A stretch of DNA of 33,918 nucleotides from a virus (taxonomy: Duplodnaviria; Caudoviricetes). A program made the position numbers and the translations under genes. Under the pieces are notes generated by a model. It was not told the DNA's origin, did not search any database, and saw nothing but the letters and a program-made list of their open reading frames with translations. This document shows positions 8,962-17,935 of the stretch, one piece after another; within the stretch, counting starts at the first letter, position 1; the number at the start of each line of letters is the position of its first letter. The DNA is taken from IMG/VR virus record IMGVR_UViG_3300025084_002696, positions 1 through 33,918 of that record; one strand, written 5' to 3'.

Positions 8962-9254
8962 TATTTTATCAGTTGAACTACTGTACCACCACCATTAACA
9001 ACTTTTTTCAAAGCGATGTTATATACTTGACCAGTTACTAAACCTGCTGTTAAATCATCTCCACCGTCTGCTGGTGTCAATGCGTAACTAGTTCCTGCTT
9101 CAACTAAAAATGCTGTATTTTTAAATGAACCTGTTGGTTCGTATGTTGTTGATGCCGCTACTTCATATGTTTTATGAAAGGAACTTGGTCTTGGGTTTTT
9201 CTTTGTTCTACTAACGAAAGAACCATTTCCCGGATTACTTGCGAAGTTTGCCAT
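8961..9254 (-). CDS. Hypothetical small beta-rich protein
   Basis: GGAG Shine-Dalgarno, fills the gap in the operon, Gly/Thr/Ala-rich. Confidence 0.7.
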   Translation of the reverse strand: MANFASNPGNGSFVSRTKKNPRPSSFHKTYEVAASTTYEPTGSFKNTAFLVEAGTSYALTPADGGDDLTAGLVTGQVYNIALKKVVNGGGTVVQLIK

Positions 9255-9264
9255 TTAATTTCTC

Positions 9265-9747
9265 CTAAATTGATATTGCTCGTTTATACCAACCATACAA
9301 GAATCTTTCTTGTTCTGGTTTTTTATTTACTAAATCATAATAATGTTTCAATCTATAACAACGAACTCTTTCTATTGTAGGTTTGTATGTATTGATTGCT
9401 GCTTGTGTTCCTGGTCCAAATCCTCCGTCAACGGCGATATCGGCTCCTTTTGCATTACATGCTCTTTGTAAAATTCTTACTGCTGTTCCATACCCTTGAT
9501 TAACACACATATCAAAATGTATATGTCTTAAATGTTCTGGCAATTTCTCAGCTTTATATCTGTCCCAATAATCTTTCTTGTAGATTTCTTTTGCTTCTTC
9601 TTTTGTAAGATTTTTGATATCTACATCTGGGTAAAATCTTTTTGCTATACCGAAGTTTGTTTCTCCACCTAAATCTTTTGGGTCGTGAACATATCCACCT
9701 TCGTGGTGTAGTGTTACTTCTATTATTTCATCAAATGATATTAACAT
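9265..9747 (-). CDS. Glycoside hydrolase family 108 endolysin (N-acetylmuramidase) with peptidoglycan-binding C-terminus
   Basis: HEGGYVHDPKDLGGETNFGI catalytic motif, FDMCVNQG, VDGGFGPGT, RFLYGWYKR. Confidence 0.92.
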   Translation of the reverse strand: MLISFDEIIEVTLHHEGGYVHDPKDLGGETNFGIAKRFYPDVDIKNLTKEEAKEIYKKDYWDRYKAEKLPEHLRHIHFDMCVNQGYGTAVRILQRACNAKGADIAVDGGFGPGTQAAINTYKPTIERVRCYRLKHYYDLVNKKPEQERFLYGWYKRAISI

Positions 9748-10613
9748 TATTTTCCCCTTAATATTTTTTGTTTACTAATCCAACTTAATGCTTTTTTACT
9801 TTTAATTGGTGCTTTTATAAATTTACTTAATCCTTGTTTCACCAACATCTTAAATCTTTTCTTTGCTTGTGCTTCTGTTTTATATTCGTTATTATCAACA
9901 ATCATAAAGTTACTTGAACCAAACAATCCTTGAAATGCACCAATATTTCTATTCACCTCTCTGTGTGATTGTGAAACTATACTCGGTGGAAGAACTCTAT
10001 CTCGGTTTTCATTTCTTTCAAGTGCCACTTCTAATGTAGTGCTGACAAAAATCATATATGTTTGGTATCCAATTTCTTCTAATTCTGCCTTTTCTCTTGA
10101 TATTTTTTGAAAATCATCACCAGTTCCATCGATAATCATACCAAGTCTTCCGTTTTGATATAATCTTCTTCTTTCTGCGGTTAGGTCTTTCGCAAAATTT
10201 CTTAATCCACTTGATTGTGGTCCGTCACCTGTAAGATTTTTAAATACTTCATCTGGTAATGAATCTAAGTCAGTACCGAATCCAAACTTATTCAATAAAT
10301 ACTTAAGTTCTTTATCACTATTAACCATTTTTAAACCCGTTTGAGATACATTTACCTTATCGGGTATTCCAAATAATCCTTTTGCTATGTAGGTTTTACC
10401 TGAACCTGGTCCACCTGCTAAGAATACTGCTTTGAATATACCTGGGTCTTTAAATCCCTCAACTAATTCTACACGAAGTGTTTTCTTTATCCACTTCTTG
10501 TATTTTTCCATTTCGGATAATTTAAAGAAACCTTTGTATCCACCAAGTTCTTCAGAACCTTTTGATTGTCCTGTTATACTGGATTCAAATAGTAAGTTTT
10601 TTAATTTAATCAT
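9747..10613 (-). CDS. P-loop kinase (zeta-toxin/AAA_33/Pnk-kinase-like) with MIKLKNLLFE leader
   Basis: FKAVFLAGGPGSGKT Walker A, VNSD, MIIDGTG Walker B, lid motif ALERNENRDR. Confidence 0.85.
   Translation of the reverse strand: MIKLKNLLFESSITGQSKGSEELGGYKGFFKLSEMEKYKKWIKKTLRVELVEGFKDPGIFKAVFLAGGPGSGKTYIAKGLFGIPDKVNVSQTGLKMVNSDKELKYLLNKFGFGTDLDSLPDEVFKNLTGDGPQSSGLRNFAKDLTAERRRLYQNGRLGMIIDGTGDDFQKISREKAELEEIGYQTYMIFVSTTLEVALERNENRDRVLPPSIVSQSHREVNRNIGAFQGLFGSSNFMIVDNNEYKTEAQAKKRFKMLVKQGLSKFIKAPIKSKKALSWISKQKILRGK
10590..10607. repeat. 18-nt exact direct repeat, copy 2 (encodes KLKNLL leader)
   Basis: tagtaagttttttaattt, identical at 7910-7927. Confidence 0.85.
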
Positions 10614-10645
10614 TTATGTCCTTAATTTATATAAATCTATACAAC

Positions 10646-10677
10646 TATAAATATAAAGTTTGGAAGTTTTATTTATA
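10646..10677 (-). promoter_or_regulatory. Candidate late promoter region for the head module
   Basis: Minus strand has TATAAATA (T4 late consensus) at 10670-10677 and TATTTATA at 10646-10653, in or next to the largest intergenic gap of the window. Confidence 0.45.
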
Positions 10678-10773
10678 AATGAACGGGTCTCGTTTCTTTA
10701 ATGCTTCAAGTTTTTTCTTTAATTTTCTTTTATTCTTCCAGTCTTGGAATTTTTGTTTTATTTTTTTAAACAT
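10669..10773 (-). CDS. 34-aa basic micro-protein MFKKIKQKFQDWKNKRKLKKKLEALKKRDPFIYK (absent from ORF track)
   Basis: Manual translation; AGGAG Shine-Dalgarno upstream; start overlaps the end of the 10766 ORF. Confidence 0.75.
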   Translation of the reverse strand: MFKKIKQKFQDWKNKRKLKKKLEALKKRDPFIYK

Positions 10774-11506
10774 CATAGTTCTCCTTAATGTATTTGTGTA
10801 ATTCGTTCCCCCACTCTATGTGGGATTTATCTGTTGGGTGTATCGTATTGTAGTAATTACCATTATCACCCCAATTTGTATTAAATTTTTTATCTATAAA
10901 ATTACGGAAGTGTGGCTTTAAATCATTATTGTATATTTTATCAAAGTTTATAAATTTATACAATGGTTTATTTTTCAAGTCATTCTCTATATATTGGTCA
11001 AATGCACTAAATATCAAATAATCAATACCTTTCATAGATAAATAGTTCTGTAAATTGATTAACTGCAATAAATTATGTTGAATTAATTCATCAGTTGCGG
11101 TCTTTGTTTCATCTACTCTACAAGGTTTGTACTTTATCTCCTTATGTTTTTCTATCATCATATCATACCTAACCAAACTTGTTAATCCAATAACAACAAA
11201 TATATCCTTTTTACCCAATGATTCTAAATATTCAATAGAATTTATCGTAGTTCTTACTATTCTTTGATTACTTGCCCCTAACCTACCACAATTCCAAGTT
11301 TCCACCCCAAGTTTTTCACCTAATACTTTTGGCCACACATCACTATCATAAAATTTATATGTGATTCTATCATTACAAGGTATGGTGGGTTCACCGAAAT
11401 TAGGTATTATATTATACCAGTCTAAGTTTGGTTTTGCTTCCCAATTCAAGTCTTGTGCTGGTGAGTCACCTTGTGTCCAACTATCTCCATTACAAAGTAG
11501 TATCAT
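10766..11506 (-). CDS. SGNH/GDSL hydrolase-like protein (paralogue 1)
   Basis: NGDSWTQG block I, GASN block II, C-terminal IHP. Confidence 0.75.
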   Translation of the reverse strand: MILLCNGDSWTQGDSPAQDLNWEAKPNLDWYNIIPNFGEPTIPCNDRITYKFYDSDVWPKVLGEKLGVETWNCGRLGASNQRIVRTTINSIEYLESLGKKDIFVVIGLTSLVRYDMMIEKHKEIKYKPCRVDETKTATDELIQHNLLQLINLQNYLSMKGIDYLIFSAFDQYIENDLKNKPLYKFINFDKIYNNDLKPHFRNFIDKKFNTNWGDNGNYYNTIHPTDKSHIEWGNELHKYIKENYDV

Positions 11507-12315
11507 TCAAATCTTCCTCGATAATACTCGTGATTAAATCTTTGTTCTTCATTAAATCCATTTAGAGTTAAATACTGACCTTCTTTTGTATAATTACTAA
11601 ATGTTTTTAACTCTTGTAATTCTTTCGGTGTGACTGAAACTTTACCATCTCGTGTTTCTTCTTTATCCAATATAGTAAAGTGTCTTTCCAACATATCAAT
11701 ACCTTGAAAGATTGCCTGTTTACTTGATAATAGATTATCTGAATGGTCACTAAATCCAACTTTGTCGTGTAGTGTTTTCAAATGTTCTATTGATTGTAAA
11801 TTCAATTTCTCAAATGGTGTCGGATATAAACAAACACAATGTAATATTGTGAAGTCAACTCCTTGTAAATTCTCAATACACTTTTTGATATCGTGTAAAT
11901 GTAAACTTGATGTAGAAAATACTAAGTGTTTAAAATTAAACTTATCTAATTTTAGTCCGTAATCAAATTCTCTCATAGAATATCCACTCAACTTTAAGTA
12001 ATCATACCCTAAACTATTATAATAATCATAATGATTAGGACTAAATATTGTTGTCATTGGTGTAACATTGTTAGCTTTTGCTGTGTGTATAAATTCCAAT
12101 TCATCATCTATACTTAATTCTAATGATGATAATCTTTTATATTCATCTGAATACTTTCTAAAAGATTCATACTCATCTCGTTTAGTAAGTGAATTAGCTT
12201 TAATGGATTGAATCTTTACTATGTCTGCTCCACTCTCGGCAGACTTGACCACCATATCTTTTAATGTATTAATATCACCATTGTGATTCTGACATAATTC
12301 AGCTATTAGTTTCAT
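11503..12315 (-). CDS. neuB: N-acetylneuraminate/nonulosonate synthase (NeuB family), lacking C-terminal AFL/SAF domain
   Basis: IAELCQNHNG, GADIVKIQ, LHCVCLYPTP, GFSDHS, ERHFT. Confidence 0.9.
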   Translation of the reverse strand: MKLIAELCQNHNGDINTLKDMVVKSAESGADIVKIQSIKANSLTKRDEYESFRKYSDEYKRLSSLELSIDDELEFIHTAKANNVTPMTTIFSPNHYDYYNSLGYDYLKLSGYSMREFDYGLKLDKFNFKHLVFSTSSLHLHDIKKCIENLQGVDFTILHCVCLYPTPFEKLNLQSIEHLKTLHDKVGFSDHSDNLLSSKQAIFQGIDMLERHFTILDKEETRDGKVSVTPKELQELKTFSNYTKEGQYLTLNGFNEEQRFNHEYYRGRFE

Positions 12316-12899
12316 AATTTTATATCTCCAATGTCTGTTTTATAGTTACAAGAAAAAAAACTTGGTGGACGTTTAGGATTCTTCCTGTAAAAATCTCTTG
12401 TCCCTGCTCTACCATCTATAAAATATGAAACTTCATAACCTAAATGATTAACAATATCCAGTAAATTAAATGTTGTTTGGGGGTTATTTGAGTGATACTC
12501 GGACCTAAGATTTGGTCCATCGATAATAACAAAATCAACACCTTGAATATCTTCCATTGTGTGAACATATCTAACACCATTAACATTGTTACATTTATCC
12601 TCTACAATGTCAATTAACTTTATATTGTTGTGTTCATTCCAACCATTTTCTATGGATTGATTATACCAATATTCATCACTTTCGTAACCAATAACTTTAC
12701 CACCATAATCTAAGTAATTGACAAGTTCTGTAATCATAAGTGTGCTTTGTCCACCACCATATTCCACAATAAACTTTGGTTGATGTTCTACAATGTAATT
12801 AAGTGCACTAAGGTATTTTCCTGTATCAACATACATAGTTTTTATCCACTTGTATTCTGTTGTTTCTATTGTTTCTAAAAAATTATTTAATGTTTTCAT
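12312..12899 (-). CDS. Class I SAM-dependent methyltransferase-like protein
   Basis: IVEYGGGQST motif I, GYESDEYW, DFVIIDGP. Confidence 0.75.
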   Translation of the reverse strand: MKTLNNFLETIETTEYKWIKTMYVDTGKYLSALNYIVEHQPKFIVEYGGGQSTLMITELVNYLDYGGKVIGYESDEYWYNQSIENGWNEHNNIKLIDIVEDKCNNVNGVRYVHTMEDIQGVDFVIIDGPNLRSEYHSNNPQTTFNLLDIVNHLGYEVSYFIDGRAGTRDFYRKNPKRPPSFFSCNYKTDIGDIKL

Positions 12900-13713
12900 A
12901 TTTCTCCAATACTCGTTTGTATGTTTTTTCTTGTGCTTCTATTGATGTTCCTGCTATGTGTGGTGTGACAATTACATTTTCTACCCCGTCAAATGTAGAT
13001 TGTTTTCCATTGTATTCTGATTGTAAAACATCAGTAGCGTATCCTTTTATTCTACCGACTGATAGTAGATGTTTTATATCTTGTTCGTTTACCACTTCAC
13101 CTCTCGCTGTGTTTATCAAATAAATATTTCTTTTAAAATGACTTAAAAATTCATTGTCAATTAAATTTTTTGTTGTTGGATTTAAATCTATATGAATAGA
13201 AACTATATCACTCTCTATGTAAAGTAAGTTTATATCATCATATTCGTCCACACAAATAACATCTTTAAATAATGGTTTACATAATTGTTCTACCATTTTA
13301 CCAAGTCTTCCATGCCCAATGATACCTAATGTTTTATCGTGTAGTTCGTGTTTTCCTCTAACTATTGATAACATTAGATATAGAGTATGTTCTGCTGTTG
13401 ACCAAACATCATTTAAAATCTTATCGTTCTTTACCGATACAATTGGAACTGATTTAACATCAATGTGATTAAGTCCTGTTGATGGTGACAATATAGACTT
13501 TATGTTTGAGTCTTTAATTAAATCTTCATCAATAACAAATGTTTGATGATTAGGTGCACAAAACAATATATCAAAGTTTTTTATTTGATTCTTCACATCT
13601 TCATATGTTGGTTCTATTAATTCCAACACTTCATAGTTTTGTAAAGTATAACTATAAAATTCTTTTAAGTGTTTTACTGGTGTTATAAATAAAATTCTTT
13701 GTGTATTGTCCAT
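12883..13713 (-). CDS. D-isomer-specific 2-hydroxyacid dehydrogenase (SerA-like)
   Basis: STGLNHID, TAEH, GIIGHGRLG, INTARG, ATDV, TPHIAG. Confidence 0.9.
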   Translation of the reverse strand: MDNTQRILFITPVKHLKEFYSYTLQNYEVLELIEPTYEDVKNQIKNFDILFCAPNHQTFVIDEDLIKDSNIKSILSPSTGLNHIDVKSVPIVSVKNDKILNDVWSTAEHTLYLMLSIVRGKHELHDKTLGIIGHGRLGKMVEQLCKPLFKDVICVDEYDDINLLYIESDIVSIHIDLNPTTKNLIDNEFLSHFKRNIYLINTARGEVVNEQDIKHLLSVGRIKGYATDVLQSEYNGKQSTFDGVENVIVTPHIAGTSIEAQEKTYKRVLEKYENIK

Positions 13714-14894
13714 TTGTTATCTCCTGTATTTCTACAATTCACTACTGATATCTTTCCGTCTTTTGTTTCTGCTAACTTTATATCTTTTCTGGTAAAACAC
13801 AAAAACTCAAATATTTCCCTATCAATTTTTTCAATCACATCTTTATCAATCCAAATTGCAAATCCTTTGTTGTCATTTAATTCTGATACATTCTCTGGTT
13901 TTTTATCCACCACTACAACATCAAAGTTGAATTTGTCAACATTGTGAAACTCAAAATTATATCTATTATCTCCCCAGTCATTATTTTCTTTTAAATAACT
14001 CTTTGCGTTATCTATTAATTTATTTCTGATATCCATAAAATACTTTTTTAGATTAATTTTGGAATCAGTATATATAGTAAGTTTTTTTTCAAATAAAGTA
14101 TCTGCGAGTTCTTTTCCAGAATCATTCAATAAGTCAATATATTTTTGAGTATGTAATATGTTTTTTCCAAGTCTACCAAATTGGTCTCTTGTATCTAAAT
14201 CTCTAAAGTTCCATAACTTTAAAACACTACAATCAGTTGACTTGTGAAATTTAGAACCTTTGAATAATCTATCTGCCGAACCATCAGTTTTTGATATATG
14301 AACAAAGTCATATGATAGATTATTAGATTTAGCTCCAAGTGGTTTCCAATGGGAAAATAACTCATCAACTGAAGTTATTTCTGTCATCTTTTGTTTGAAC
14401 ATACCTTCATAGTAATTATCATTATGAATATAAACAAAACACTTATCAAGATTTTTTCTCAGATAAGATGAAGCATAAAATCTTGTGTTTCCTGGGTGTG
14501 TGACCAAATTAAAATTATCAAATAATGTTTCTGGTTTAGTAAAGTCAATACTTATATTTTTAGACTTATCCTTTGCTTTAAAACTATGATGTGTTGGGTT
14601 GTAGAAGTTATCCGATATCAATTCTTGAACTATATATCTTCTATTTCTAAAGTGATACGAGAAATCTTGATGTTCTTTGAATGCTTTCTCATTATCCAAT
14701 TCGTGTAATGTTCTGTTAAAAAACCCATTTTTTGCGAACAAATATTCCAACCTAACATTTAAATTACTACTTCTTGGTTTTTTTCCATTTTCGTAATTAT
14801 AAAATTGCCAAGGCAAACTATCACAAAAAAACAATCTGTGGTTCTTGAAAAAATAATCTATGTAATGTTTGTTTTCTTTAAAGTCTGTTAACAT
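13683..14894 (-). CDS. Hypothetical protein, possible ParB/sulfiredoxin-like N-terminal domain
   Basis: 403-aa ORF in operon; ELISDNFYNP...HPGNTRFYA loosely matches the ParB GxxR motif. Confidence 0.6.
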   Translation of the reverse strand: MLTDFKENKHYIDYFFKNHRLFFCDSLPWQFYNYENGKKPRSSNLNVRLEYLFAKNGFFNRTLHELDNEKAFKEHQDFSYHFRNRRYIVQELISDNFYNPTHHSFKAKDKSKNISIDFTKPETLFDNFNLVTHPGNTRFYASSYLRKNLDKCFVYIHNDNYYEGMFKQKMTEITSVDELFSHWKPLGAKSNNLSYDFVHISKTDGSADRLFKGSKFHKSTDCSVLKLWNFRDLDTRDQFGRLGKNILHTQKYIDLLNDSGKELADTLFEKKLTIYTDSKINLKKYFMDIRNKLIDNAKSYLKENNDWGDNRYNFEFHNVDKFNFDVVVVDKKPENVSELNDNKGFAIWIDKDVIEKIDREIFEFLCFTRKDIKLAETKDGKISVVNCRNTGDNKWTIHKEFYL

Positions 14895-15544
14895 ATTTTC
14901 CTTATTTTAAAACTATTAAAATCATATTCTACTTCTACATCATACTCTTTTATAAACTTCTTAACATCATCTAAAACTTCTTGATACGCTATATCATCTC
15001 CGGCTATAACACCACCGATTTTTAACTTAGGCCAATAGTTAACCAAGTCTTTATACACTACATCTTTTCCGTGGTCCCCGTCAATCCATACAAACTTTAA
15101 TGAATTGTCTTTGTAGATTCCGTGAGAATATTGTTCTTCACAAGTTATTAAGTTTATGTAGTCCATAACACCTAAAGCTACGAGTGGATGTCTAACGATG
15201 TTTATAATGTTCAATCCCCACTCGTCTTTTACACCATTGTAGTAATCTAAAAATTGTTTTGGGTGTCCTGTAATTTTATAATTCTGTAATGCTTCTTCTA
15301 TTACCCAAAAAATATCAATGGCATCAAACTTTATATTTTTTTTACTATCACGAATTAACTCACCCATACGAGCAGTTGATTGTCCAAGTAAAACTCCAAT
15401 CTCTACAAAGTGGTCTCCGTCTTGTGCTTCATTGACCATTTCCTCATAAATAAATTCTGCGTCATTTACCCAACCCGGAACATCTTTGTATGAGTTAAAA
15501 TCAAATATACTATATTTCTCTTTGAAATATTTAGGTTTAACCAT
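14888..15544 (-). CDS. Class I SAM-dependent methyltransferase (Methyltransf_24-like, likely sugar O-methyltransferase)
   Basis: VEIGVLLGQS, FVWIDGDH, PKLKIGGVIAGDD. Confidence 0.85.
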   Translation of the reverse strand: MVKPKYFKEKYSIFDFNSYKDVPGWVNDAEFIYEEMVNEAQDGDHFVEIGVLLGQSTARMGELIRDSKKNIKFDAIDIFWVIEEALQNYKITGHPKQFLDYYNGVKDEWGLNIINIVRHPLVALGVMDYINLITCEEQYSHGIYKDNSLKFVWIDGDHGKDVVYKDLVNYWPKLKIGGVIAGDDIAYQEVLDDVKKFIKEYDVEVEYDFNSFKIRKIC

Positions 15545-16586
15545 CTATCAACTCCTTGAAAAATTCTTGTTCTGAAAGTCCTGGTTGAATTGTCATACGA
15601 CACCAATTATTTCGTTTTCCGTATGGGTGGACTTTGCCGTATTTGACTAATACTTTGTGTTTATCTAAAATCTTTTTTGTTTTTAGATTGTCATCATCTG
15701 TATTGAAATGTATCCAGTTTGTCTGACTATCTAATATACTAAAATTTTTCATCAATGTCAAGACTTTTTTTCGTTCTTCGATAACTTCTTGTGTGTAGAT
15801 ATCAACCAAATGAAAGTTATCCAATAGAAACTCACAATACTTCAAAGATACGCCTGTAATTTCATACATTTGTCTAAATTTTGATAAGGGTTCTATCATA
15901 TCTTTGTGTCCAAATGTCATACCGACTCTACAACCTGCTGCGCCAAACCCTTTTGAAAAAGTTCTCGTAACTAACAAGTTTGGATATTCATCAATATACT
16001 TGATAAAACTATCCCATTGTAAATCTTCTGTATCTAAGAACTCTATATATGCTTCATCAATCAATACCGGAATACCTGTATCTAATAATGGTTTGATTTC
16101 ATCTATGGTTTTGTAATCACCGATTGGACTATTTGGATTTGCCAATATAATCAACTGAGTTTCATCATCTACAAAACTTAACATATTTTCTATTGATAGT
16201 TTTCTTGTATCTAAATCATAGTGTATCCCTTTGTAAGGACAATTGTATAAAGATGCGTAAACTCCATACATAGGAAAGGACGGTTCTGATGTAACGATAT
16301 TGCCACAAGTTGTGAAGGTTTCAAATATAGACTTGATACCGACATCAGAACCATCACTTAAAAATAAATTTTCTGACTTAACATTATAAAATTCACATAT
16401 TTTTTCTTTGAAGTTTTTTGTATTGGGATAATATGCAAAGTCTTCTTGTTTTAAACTTCTTAGAAACTTTGTATAGTAAGAGTGTGGAATTGGTTGTGAG
16501 CGCTCTGATTGGTTTAGAATAAAATCATACTCAGATTTATCCGTATAATCAAACTTTCTTTCTACTTTATGTAAGTGATTTTTCAT
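15537..16586 (-). CDS. PLP-dependent class I/II enzyme, HisC/CobD-like aminotransferase or decarboxylase
   Basis: YYP, DGSD, LANPNSPIG, IDEAYIEF, TRTFSKGFGAAGCRVG, CRMTI. Confidence 0.9.
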   Translation of the reverse strand: MKNHLHKVERKFDYTDKSEYDFILNQSERSQPIPHSYYTKFLRSLKQEDFAYYPNTKNFKEKICEFYNVKSENLFLSDGSDVGIKSIFETFTTCGNIVTSEPSFPMYGVYASLYNCPYKGIHYDLDTRKLSIENMLSFVDDETQLIILANPNSPIGDYKTIDEIKPLLDTGIPVLIDEAYIEFLDTEDLQWDSFIKYIDEYPNLLVTRTFSKGFGAAGCRVGMTFGHKDMIEPLSKFRQMYEITGVSLKYCEFLLDNFHLVDIYTQEVIEERKKVLTLMKNFSILDSQTNWIHFNTDDDNLKTKKILDKHKVLVKYGKVHPYGKRNNWCRMTIQPGLSEQEFFKELIDG

Positions 16587-17061
16587 CTTTTAATTCCGAT
16601 ACTATTTTATAAGGTGTTTTTTCCCATACCGATATCTCCCCAATCTCAATATGTTTTGGTTGATTAATACACCAGACTATAATCTCTGTTATTTCTTTGT
16701 AAGTAAGACTTGGTAACTCCGATTCCAGTAAACCACAATTGACATCAATGATTCTGCAAGTCTTGTCACTATTTAATCTCAAATTATTTGATAGATGATT
16801 TAGTGCTGCTTTTGAAGTTGAATACATAAATCCCTTTGATATATTTGGATATTTACTTCTACTACCAATATTAATAATTGTCTTGTCAGTATACTTCCAC
16901 TCATCAAACGCTTTCATAAGTAATTTAGTCTGATTGAAACTATCGTGTCTATTGTTTATAAACACATCAGTATTTTTATCAAAACCCTCAACTACATCAT
17001 CAAACCTACTTGATAACTCTTTTCCCAATCCCCTATCTTTATTTGTTATTGATATTTTCAT
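16567..17061 (-). CDS. Minimal short-chain dehydrogenase/reductase
   Basis: DVFINN, IINIGS, YSTSKAAL (YxxxK); degenerate Gly motif TNKDRGLG; start likely MKISIT at 17061. Confidence 0.8.
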   Translation of the reverse strand: MKISITNKDRGLGKELSSRFDDVVEGFDKNTDVFINNRHDSFNQTKLLMKAFDEWKYTDKTIINIGSRSKYPNISKGFMYSTSKAALNHLSNNLRLNSDKTCRIIDVNCGLLESELPSLTYKEITEIIVWCINQPKHIEIGEISVWEKTPYKIVSELKDEKSLT

Positions 17062-17935
17062 AATACTCATTTATAATGTTAAAACTTTCCTTTCCAAATA
17101 ATTGTCCATTTACTGAACAATTTTTACAAGGACTAAAATCTCTATCTCCCTTTGATAACTTTTTTCTAATATCATACATTTTATCACTAAACCAAACATC
17201 AAATAGTTTTTCCTTTACTAGATTACCAACTACAATTTCTTTGCCCCAATCGTTGGAACAAAATAAAACATCTCCGTTCCAATCTACGAACAATTTGTAA
17301 AATGGATAATGACAAGGTTTTCCTTTTAGTGATTCCACATCACTATCATCAAATCCTAACCAGTCTATATTACCACCTCTATTGTTAACGAATAATCCGT
17401 AGTCGTCTTGTGAATAATGTGCTCGATATCTATACTTAGAATTATCAATGTCTGACATAATCTCTTCAAACTTTTCCTTTTGTTCTATACCATCATATAA
17501 GTTTATATACAATAAGTCTAATCCACTTTCAAAGAATTTTCCTATACTTTCTTTTTTTAAAAAATCTCCATTAGTATTACACTCAAACAAATTGTCTGTT
17601 AGATATTTTCTCATAATTGAAATAATGTCTAAAAACTTTTTATTTAAGAAGTTTTCACTGTAACCACTATAAGATATTTTACCCTTGTAGTTGTGGTTTG
17701 TTAAATTTTTTGCAATACTTTCAGCATCCTCAACACTCATATTCAAGTTTCTATTCGGATAAACTTCTGAGTCGTGTCTTGGACAAAAAATACAAGTTCT
17801 GTTACAAAGTTCTGTTGTGTTTAACTCAATAGTCAAGATTGAATTTAGTGGATTGTCGGTATCAACCTTGTTAAAAAACTCCCGTTCTTGCTCTTTTCTA
17901 TGTTTTAAAAAAGTATCTTTATTGTAATCACTCAT
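17039..17935 (-). CDS. Radical SAM protein with SPASM/twitch domain
   Basis: CNRTCIFC; C-terminal PCHYPF...GDVLFCSND...VGN...PCKNC. Confidence 0.92.
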   Translation of the reverse strand: MSDYNKDTFLKHRKEQEREFFNKVDTDNPLNSILTIELNTTELCNRTCIFCPRHDSEVYPNRNLNMSVEDAESIAKNLTNHNYKGKISYSGYSENFLNKKFLDIISIMRKYLTDNLFECNTNGDFLKKESIGKFFESGLDLLYINLYDGIEQKEKFEEIMSDIDNSKYRYRAHYSQDDYGLFVNNRGGNIDWLGFDDSDVESLKGKPCHYPFYKLFVDWNGDVLFCSNDWGKEIVVGNLVKEKLFDVWFSDKMYDIRKKLSKGDRDFSPCKNCSVNGQLFGKESFNIINEYYENINNK

